A DNA stretch of 64,000 nucleotides from Eledone cirrhosa (Eukaryota), in contig OZ024744.1 in NCBI GenBank assembly GCA_964016885.1, forward strand, positions 1,550,001 to 1,614,000, given 5' to 3'. Below are positions 56,001 to 64,000 of this stretch, one piece after another. How positions within the stretch are numbered: the stretch's first letter is position 1; each line of letters opens with the position of its first letter. Both the position numbers and the translations under genes were made by a program. The notes beneath the pieces were generated by a model. That model saw nothing but the letters and a program-made list of their open reading frames with translations. It was not told the DNA's origin and did no database searches.

Positions 56001-59000
56001 TCTTTCTCTACCTTGTCTTCCGTCAAAACTTCGTTCTTCACCAAGATATCTTTCTCTACCTTGTCTTCTCCCAAAACTTCGTTCTTCACCAAGCTATCTT
56101 TCTCTACCTTGTCTTCCCTCAGAACTTCGTTCTTCACCAAGCTATCTTTCTCTACCTTGTCTTCCCCCAAAACTTCGTTCTTCACCAAGCTATCTTTCTC
56201 TACATTGTCTTCCCCAAAACTTCGTTCTTCACCAAGCTATCTTTCTCTACCTTGTCTTCCCACAAAACGTCGTTCTTCACCAAGCTATCTTTCTCTACCT
56301 TGTCTTCCCTCAAAACGTCGTTCTTCACCAAGCTATCTTTCTCTACCTTGTCTTCCCTCAAAACTTCGTTCTTCACCAAGCTATCTTTCTCTACCTTGTC
56401 TTCCCCCAAAACTTCGTTCTTCACCAAGCTATCTTTCTCTACCTTGTCTTCTCCCTAAACTTCGTTATTCACCAAGCTATCTTTCTCTACCTTGTCTTCC
56501 CTCAAAACTTCGTTCTTCACCAAGCTATCTTTCTCTACCTTGTCTTCCCCCAAAACTTCGTTCTTCACCAAGTCATCTTTCTCTACCTTGTCATCCCTCA
56601 AAACTTTGTTCTTCACCAGTCTATCTTTCTCTACCTTGTCTTCCCCCAAAACTTCGTTCTTCACCAAGCTATCTTTCTCTAGCTTGTCTTCACACAAAAC
56701 TTCGTTCTTCACCAAGCTATCTTTCTCTACCTTGTCTTCCCACAAAACGTCATTCTTCACCAAGCTATCTTTCTCTACCTTGTCTTCCGTCAAAACTTCG
56801 TTCTTCACCAAGATATCTTTCTCTACCTTGTCTCCTCCCAAAACTTCGTTCTTCTCCAAGCTATCTTTCTCTACCTTGTCTTCCCTCAGAACTTCGTTCT
56901 TCACCAAGCTATCTTTCTCTACCTTGTCTTCCCCCAAAACTTCGTTCTTCACCAAGCTATCTTTCTCTACATTGTCTTCCCCAAAACTTCGTTCTTCACC
57001 AAGCTATCTTTCACGACCTTGTCTTCCCTCAAAACGTCGTTCTTCACCAAGCTATCTTTCTCTACCTTGTCTTCCCCCAAACTTCGTTCTTCACCAAGCT
57101 ATCTTTCTCTACCTTGTCTTCCCCCAAAACTTCGTTCTTCACCAAGCTATCTTTCTCTACCTCGTCTTCCCTCAAAACTTTGTTCTTCACCAAGCTATCT
57201 TTCTCTACCTTGTCTTCCCCCAAAACTTCGTTCTTCACCAAGCTATCTTTCTCTACCTTGTCATCCCCCAAAACTTCGTTATTCACCAAGCTATCTTTCT
57301 CTACCTTGTCTTCCCTCAAAACGTCGTTCTTCACCAAGCTATCTTTCTCTACCTTGTCTTCCCCCAAACTTCGTTCTTCACCAAGCTATCTTTCTCTACC
57401 TTGTCTTCCCCCAAAACTTCGTTCTTCACCAAGCTATCTTTCTCTACCTCGTCTTCCCTCAAAACTTTGTTCTTCACCAAGCTATCTTTCTCTACCTTGT
57501 CTTCCCCCAAAACTTCGTTCTTCACCAAGCTATCTTTCTCTACCTTGTCATCCCCCAAAACTTCGTTCTTCACCAAGCTATCTTTCTCTACCTTGTCTTC
57601 CCCCAAAACTTCGTTCTTCGCAAGCTATCTTTCTCTACCTTGTCTTCCCCCAAAACTTCGTTCTTCAGCAAGCTATCTTTCTCTACCTTGTCTTCCCACA
57701 AAACGTCGTTCTTCACCAAGCTATCTTTCTCTACCTTGTCTTCCCTCAAAACGTCGTTCTTCACCAAGCTATCTTTCTCTACCTTGTCTTCCCTCAAAAC
57801 ATCGTTCTTCACCACGCTATCTTTCTCTACCTTGTCTTCTCCCAAAACTTCGTTATTCACCAAGCTATCTTTCTCTACCTTGTCTTCCCTCAAAACTTCG
57901 TTCTTCACCAAGCTATCTTTCTCTACTTTGTCTTCCCCCAAAACTTCGTTCTTCACCAAGCTATCTTTCTCTACCTTGTCTTCCCCCAAAACTTCGTTCT
58001 TCACCAAGCTATCTTTCTCTAGCTTGTCTTCACACAAAACTTCGTTCTTCACCAAGCTATCTTTCTCTACCTTGTCTTCCCACAAAACGTCATTCTTCAC
58101 CAAGCTATCTTTCTCTACCTTGTCTTCCGTCGAAACTTCGTTCTTCACCAAGATATCTTTCTCTACCTTGTTTTCTCCCAAAACTTCGTTCTTCACCAAG
58201 CTATCTTTCTCTAGCTTGTCTTCACACAAAACTTCGTTCTTCACCAAGCTATCTTTCTCTACCTTGTCTTCCCACAAAACGTCATTCTTCACCACGCTAT
58301 CTTTCTCTACCTTGTCTTCCGTCGAAACTTCGTTCTTCACCAAGATATCTTTCTCTACCTTGTTTTCTCCCAAAACTTCGTTCTTCACCAAGCTATCTTT
58401 CTCTACCTTGTCTTCCCTCAGAACTTCGTTCTTCAACAAGCTATCTTTCTCTACCTTGTCTTCCCTCAAAACGTCGTTCTTCACCAAGCTATCTTTCTCT
58501 ACCTTGCCTTCCCTCAAAACATCGTTCTTCACCAAGCTATCTTTCTCTACCTTGTCTTCTCCCAAAACTTCGTTATTCACCAAGCTATCTTTCTCTACCT
58601 TGTCTTCCCTCAAAACTTCGTTCTTCACCAAGCTATCTTTCTCTACCTTGTCTTCCCCCAAAACTTCGTTCTTCACCAAGCTATCTTTCTCTACCTTGTC
58701 TTCCCTCAAAACTTCGTTCTTCACCAAGCTATCTTTCTCTACCTTGTCTTCCCCCAAAACTTCGTTCTTCACCAAGTCATCTTTCTCTACCTTGTCATCC
58801 CTCAAAACTTTGTTCTTCACCAATCTATCTTTCTCTACCTTGTCTTCCCCCAAAACTTCGTTCTTCACCAAGCTATCTTTCTCTACCTTGTCTTCCCTCA
58901 GAACTTCGTTCTTCAACAAGCTATCTTTCTCTACCTTGTCTTCCCTCAAAACGTCGTTCTTCACCAAGCTATCTTTCTCTACCTTGCCTTCCCTCAAAAC

Positions 59001-62000
59001 ATCGTTCTTCACCAAGCTATCTTTCTCTACCTTGTCTTCTCCCAAAACTTCGTTATTCACCAACCTATCTTTCTCTACCTTGTCTTCCCTCAAAACTTCG
59101 TTCTTCACCAAGCTATCTTTCTCTACCTTGTCTTCCCCCAAAACTTCGTTCTTCACCAAGCTATCTTTCTCTACCTTGTCTTCCCCCAAAACTTCGTTCT
59201 TCACCAAGCTATCTTTCTCTACCTTGTCTTTCCCCAAAACTTCTTTCTTCACCAAGTCATCTTTCTCTACCTTGTCATCCCTCAAAACTTCGTTCTTCAC
59301 CAATCTATCTTTTTCTGCCTTGTCTTCCCCCAAAACTTCGTTCTTCACCAAGCTATCTTTCTCTACCTTGTCTTCACACAAAACTTCGTTCTTCACCAAG
59401 CTATCTTTCTCTACCTTGTCTTCCCACAAAACGTCATTCTTCACCAAGCTATCTTTCTCTACCTTGTCTTCCGTCAAAACTTCGTTCTTCACCAAGATAT
59501 CTTTCTCTACCTTGTCTTCTCCCAAAACTTCGTTCTTCACCAAGCTATCTTTCTCTACCTTGTCTTCCCTCAGAACTTCGTTCTTCACCAAGCTATCTTT
59601 CTCTACCTTGTCTTCCCCCAAAACTTCGTTCTTCACCAAGCTATCTTTCTCTACATTGTCTTCCCCAAAACTTCGTTCTTCACCAAGCTATCTTTCTCTA
59701 CCTTGTCTTTCATCAAAACGTCGTTCTTCACCAAGCTCTCTTTCTCTACCTTGTCTTCCCCCAAAACTTCGTTCTTCACCAAGCTATCTTTCTCTACCTT
59801 GTCTTCCCACAAAACGTCGTTCTTCACCAAGCTATCTTTCTCTACCTTGTCTTCCCTCAAAACGTCGTTCTTCACCAAGCTATCTTTCTCTACCTTGTCT
59901 TCCCTCAAAACTTCGTTCTTCACCAAGCTATCTTTCTCTACCTTGTCTTCCCCCAAAACTTCGTTCTTCACCAAGCTATCTTTCTCTACCTTGTCTTCTC
60001 CCTAAACTTCGTTATTCACCAAGCTATCTTTCTCTACCTTGTCTTCCCTCAAAACTTCGTTCTTCACCAAGCTATCTTTCTCTACCTTGTCTTCCCCCAA
60101 AACTTCGTTCTTCACCAAGTCATCTTTATCTACCTTGTCATCCCTCAAAACTTTGTTCTTCACCAGTCTATCTTTCTCTACCTTGTCTTCCCCCAAAACT
60201 TCGTTCTTCACCAAGCTATCTTTCTCTAGCTTGTCTTCACACAAAACTTCGTTCTTCACCAAGCTATCTTTCTCTACCTTGTCTTCCCACAAAACGTCAT
60301 TCTTCACCAAGCTATCTTTCTCTACCTTGTCTTCCGTCAAAACTTCGTTCTTCACCAAGATATCTTTCTCTACCTTGTCTCCTCCCAAAACTTCGTTCTT
60401 CACCAAGCTATCTTTCTCTACCTTGTCTTCCCTCAGAACTTCGTTCTTCACCAAGCTATCTTTCTCTACCTTGTCTTCCCCCAAAACTTCGTTCTTCACC
60501 AAGCTATCTTTCTCTACATTGTCTTCCCCAAAACTTCGTTCTTCACCAAGCTATCTTTCACGACCTTGTCTTCCCTCAAAACGTCGTTCTTCACCAAGCT
60601 ATCTTTCTCTACCTTGTCTTCCCCCAAACTTCGTTCTTCACCAAGCTATCTTTCTCTACCTTGTCTTCCCCCAAAACTTCGTTCTTCACCAAGCTATCTT
60701 TCTCTACCTCGTCTTCCCTCAAAACTTTGTTCTTCACCAAGCTATCTTTCTCTACCTTGTCTTCCCCCAAAACTTCGTTCTTCACCAAGCTATCTTTCTC
60801 TACCTTGTCATCCCCCAAAACTTCGTTCTTCACCAAGCTATCTTTCTCTACCTTGTCTTCCCCCAAAACTTCGTTCTTCGCAAGCTATCTTTCTCTACCT
60901 TGTCTTCCCCCAAAACTTCGTTCTTCAGCAAGCTATCTTTCTCTACCTTGTCTTCCCACAAAACGTCGTTCTTCACCAAGCTATCTTTCTCTACCTTGTC
61001 TTCCCTCAAAACGTCGTTCTTCACCAAGCTATCTTTCTCTACCTTGTCTTCCCTCAAAACATCGTTCTTCACCACGCTATCTTTCTCTACCTTGTCTTCT
61101 CCCAAAACTTCGTTATTCACCAAGCTATCTTTCTCTACCTTGTCTTCCCTCAAAACTTCGTTCTTCACCAAGCTATCTTTCTCTACCTTGTCTTCCCCCA
61201 AAACTTCGTTCTTCACCAAGCTATCTTTCTCTACCTTGTCTTCCCCCAAAACTTCGTTCTTCACCAAGCTATCTTTCTCTAGCTTGTCTTCACACAAAAC
61301 TTCGTTCTTCACCAAGCTATCTTTCTCTACCTTGTCTTCCCACAAAACGTCATTCTTCACCAAGCTATCTTTCTCTACCTTGTCTTCCGTCGAAACTTCG
61401 TTCTTCACCAAGATATCTTTCTCTACCTTGTTTTCTCCCAAAACTTCGTTCTTCACCAAGCTATCTTTCTCTAGCTTGTCTTCACACAAAACTTCGTTCT
61501 TCACCAAGCTATCTTTCTCTACCTTGTCTTCCCACAAAACGTCATTCTTCACCACGCTATCTTTCTCTACCTTGTCTTCCGTCGAAACTTCGTTCTTCAC
61601 CAAGATATCTTTCTCTACCTTGTTTTCTCCCAAAACTTCGTTCTTCACCAAGCTATCTTTCTCTACCTTGTCTTCCCTCAGAACTTCGTTCTTCAACAAG
61701 CTATCTTTCTCTACCTTGTCTTCCCTCAAAACGTCGTTCTTCACCAAGCTATCTTTCTCTACCTTGCCTTCCCTCAAAACATCGTTCTTCACCAAGCTAT
61801 CTTTCTCTACCTTGTCTTCTCCCAAAACTTCGTTATTCACCAAGCTATCTTTCTCTACCTTGTCTTCCCTCAAAACTTCGTTCTTCACCAAGCTATCTTT
61901 CTCTACCTTGTCTTCCCCCAAAACTTCGTTCTTCACCAAGCTATCTTTCTCTACCTTGTCTTCCCTCAAAACTTCGTTCTTCACCAAGCTATCTTTCTCT

Positions 62001-63560
62001 ACCTTGTCTTCCCCCAAAACTTCGTTCTTCACCAAGTCATCTTTCTCTACCTTGTCATCCCTCAAAACTTTGGTCTTCACCAATCTATCTTTCTCTACCT
62101 TGTCTTCCCCCAAAACTTCGTTCTTCACCAAGCTATCTTTCTCTAGCTTGTCTTCACACTAAACTTCGTTCTTCACCAAGCTATCTTTCTCTACCTTGTC
62201 TTCCCACAAAACGTCATTCTTCACCATGCTATCTTTCTCTACCTTGTCTTCCGTCAAAACTTCGTTCTTCACCAAGATATCTTTCTCTACCTTGTCTCCT
62301 CCCAAAACTTCGTTCTTCACCAAGCTATCTTTCTCTACCTTGTCTTCCCTCAGAACTTCGTTCTTCACCAAGCTATCTTTCTCTACCTTGTCTTCCCCCA
62401 AAACTTCGTTCTTCACCAAGCTATCTTTCTCTACATTGTCTTCCCCAAAACTTCGTTCTTCACCAAGCTATCTTTCACGACCTTGTCTTCCCTCAAAACG
62501 TCGTTCTTCACCAAGCTATCTTTCTCTACCTTGTCTTCCCCCAAACTTCGTTCTTCACCAAGCTATCTTTCTCTACCTTGTCTTCCCCCAAAACTTCGTT
62601 CTTCACCAAGCTATCTTTCTCTACCTCGTCTTCCCTCAAAACTTTGTTCTTCACCAAGCTATCTTTCTCTACCTTGTCTTCCCCCAAAACTTCGTTCTTC
62701 ACCAAGCTATCTTTCTCTACCTTGTCATCCCCCAAAACTTCGTTCTTCACCAAGCTATCTTTCTCTACCTTGTCTTCCCCCAAAACTTCGTTCTTCGCAA
62801 GCTACCTTTCTCTACCTTGTCTTCCCCCAAAACTTCGTTCTTCACCAAGCTATCTTTCTCTACCTTGTCTTCCCTCAAAACGTCGTTCTTCACCAAGCTA
62901 TCTTTCTCTACCTTGTCTTCCCCCAAAACTTCGTTCTTCACCAAGCTATCTTTCTCTACCTCGTCTTCCCTCAAAACTTCGTTCTTCACCAAGCTATCTT
63001 TCTCTACCTTGTCTTCCCACAAAACGTCATTCTTCACCAAGCTATCTTTCTCTACCTTGTCTTCCGTCAAAACTTCGTTCTTCACCAAGCTATCTTTCTC
63101 TACCTTGTCTTCCCCCAAAACTTCGTTCTTCACCAAGCTATCTTTCTCTACCTCGTCTTCCCTCAAAACTTCGTTCTTCACCAAGCTATCTTTCTCTACC
63201 TTGTCTTCCCACAACACGTCATTCTTCACCAAGCTATCTTTCTCTACCTTGTCTTCCGTCGAAACTTCGTTCTTCACCAAGATATCTTTCTCTACCTTGT
63301 TTTCTCCCAAAACTTCGTTCTTCACCAAGCTATCTTTCTCTAGCTTGTCTTCACACAAAACTTCGTTCTTCACCAAGCTATCTTTCTCTACCTTGTCTTC
63401 CCACAAAACGTCATTCTTCACCAAGCTATCTTTCTCTACCTTGTCTTCCGTCAAAACTTCGTTCTTCACCAAGATATCTTTCTCTACATTGTCTTCTCCC
63501 AAAACTTCGTTCTTCACCAAGCTATCTTTCTCTACCTTGTCTTCCCTCAGAACTTCGTTC
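49540..63560. repeat. Long-range paralogous blocks, about 49.5-53.2 kb and 59.7-63.6 kb (offset 10113, then 10401 bp)
   Basis: ORF pairs 49538/59651, 49889/60002, 50496/60609 and 50735/60848 differ by 10113. Pairs 52125/62526 and 52364/62765 differ by 10401 (six more monomers). The variant CGCAAGCTACCTTT occurs only at about 52395 and 62796. Confidence 0.8.
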
Positions 63561-64000
63561 TTCACCAAGCTATCTTTCTCTACCTTGTCTTCCCCCAAAA
63601 CTTCGTTCTTCACCAAGCTATCTTTCTCTACATTGTCTTCCCCAAAACTTCGTTCTTCACCAAGCTATCTTTCTCTACCTTGTCTTTCATCAAAACGTCG
63701 TTCTTCACCAAGCTCTCTTTCTCTACCTTGTCTTCCCCCAAAACTTCGTTCTTCACCAAGCTATCTTTCTCTACCTTGTCTTCCCACAAAACGTCGTTCT
63801 TCACCAAGCTATCTTTCTCTACCTTGTCTTCCCTCAAAACGTCGTTCTTCACCAAGCTATCTTTCTCTACCTTGTCTTCCCTCAAAACTTCGTTCTTCAC
63901 CAAGCTATCTTTCTCTACCTTGTCTTCCCCCAAAACTTCGTTCTTCACCAAGCTATCTTTCTCTACCTTGTCTTCTCCCAAAACTTCGTTATTCACCAAG

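Larger units (their letters stand above)
1..64000. repeat. 48-bp tandem satellite array, about 1,335 head-to-tail monomers, single orientation, extends beyond both window ends
   Basis: Consensus AAAACTTCGTTCTTCACCAAGCTATCTTTCTCTACCTTGTCTTCCCCC recurs every 48 bp (occasionally 47) throughout, typically with 0-5 substitutions per copy. All long ORFs show a 16-aa period. No non-repeat sequence was seen. Confidence 0.99.
36546..64000. repeat. Right sub-domain: variable-length HOR built on a roughly 68-monomer (3260-bp) unit
   Basis: The marker CTCCCTAAAC falls at ORF ends 37759, 39006, 41451, 43847, 47107, 49889, 53291, 56455 and 60002 (spacings 1247, 2445, 2396, 3260, 2782, 3402, 3164, 3547). 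Four near-identical 2052-bp blocks begin at 44693, 47475, 54137 and 57588. Diagnostic variants are CACCACGCTA, ACCAGTCTA, ACCAACCTA, CACAACACG and intact GTCGAAACTTCG, some first appearing in the central zone. Confidence 0.85.

Noticed and set aside
32-63343. Giant + strand ORFs (up to 4489 aa; KTSFFTKLSFSTLSSP / LRSSPSYLSLPCLPPK / NFVLHQAIFLYLVFPQ repeats)
   Set aside because: The consensus has no TAA/TAG/TGA in any + frame, so all three overlap and stay open. Each ORF drifts between three unrelated peptides at 47-bp monomers, starts are TTG, and there are no unique domains.
1257-63999. Dozens of minus-strand (LGEDKVEKDSLVKNEV)n ORFs as a gene family or programmed-frameshift gene
   Set aside because: The boundaries are simply the 1-bp deletions and amplified stop variants. 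There is no intergenic sequence, promoter or terminator, so they are not called as CDS. Coding ancestry is kept only as a hypothesis.
1-64000. CRISPR array or repeat-spacer system
   Set aside because: The repeats are contiguous with no unique spacers, the variable part is a few SNPs from a small recurrent set, and there is no palindromic repeat, leader or cas gene.
1-64000. G-quadruplex/i-motif or telomeric repeat from the C5/G5 run
   Set aside because: There is only one G-run of three or more per 48 bp, separated by about 43 nt and often broken by variants. No short telomere-type unit is present.
1-64000. Identity with the human 48-bp CER/D22Z3 satellite
   Set aside because: Only the length is shared. 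The monomer does not resemble the CER sequence as I recall it, and a database search is needed for any family assignment.
1-64000. Antigenic-variation cassette or diversity-generating retroelement target suggested by the hypervariable codon
   Set aside because: There is no reverse transcriptase, recombinase, expression site or template/variable pair in the window. The variants are inherited in HOR register and are not adenine-specific.
1-64000. Nucleosome phasing (3x48=144, 4x48=192)
   Set aside because: This is numerology without MNase data, and HOR lengths are not consistently multiples of 3 or 4 monomers.

Overview
The whole 64 kb window is one uninterrupted, head-to-tail tandem array of a 48-bp monomer (about 1,335 copies; + strand consensus AAAACTTCGTTCTTCACCAAGCTATCTTTCTCTACCTTGTCTTCCCCC), and it runs off both ends. 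I see no unique sequence, inversion, transposon insertion, RNA gene, CRISPR spacer or recognisable gene. The huge ORFs in the track are by-products: the monomer length is a multiple of 3, and the consensus has no stop codon in any + frame or in one - frame (repeat peptide LGEDKVEKDSLVKNEV). The real structure lies in the variant monomers. They form nested, irregular higher-order repeats (HORs) of about 5-82 monomers, two sub-domains with different diagnostic variants (about 1-31.1 kb and 36.5-64 kb), and an indel-free 5.4 kb zone between them. There is also a probable 4-monomer conversion tract, a deletion-only indel spectrum, CpG-decay variants and hints of a protein-coding ancestry. The best call is a satellite or macro-minisatellite array of unassigned family, probably eukaryotic. 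The sequence alone does not support a new gene system. All offsets were worked out by hand from the sequence and the ORF track, and block boundaries are approximate.
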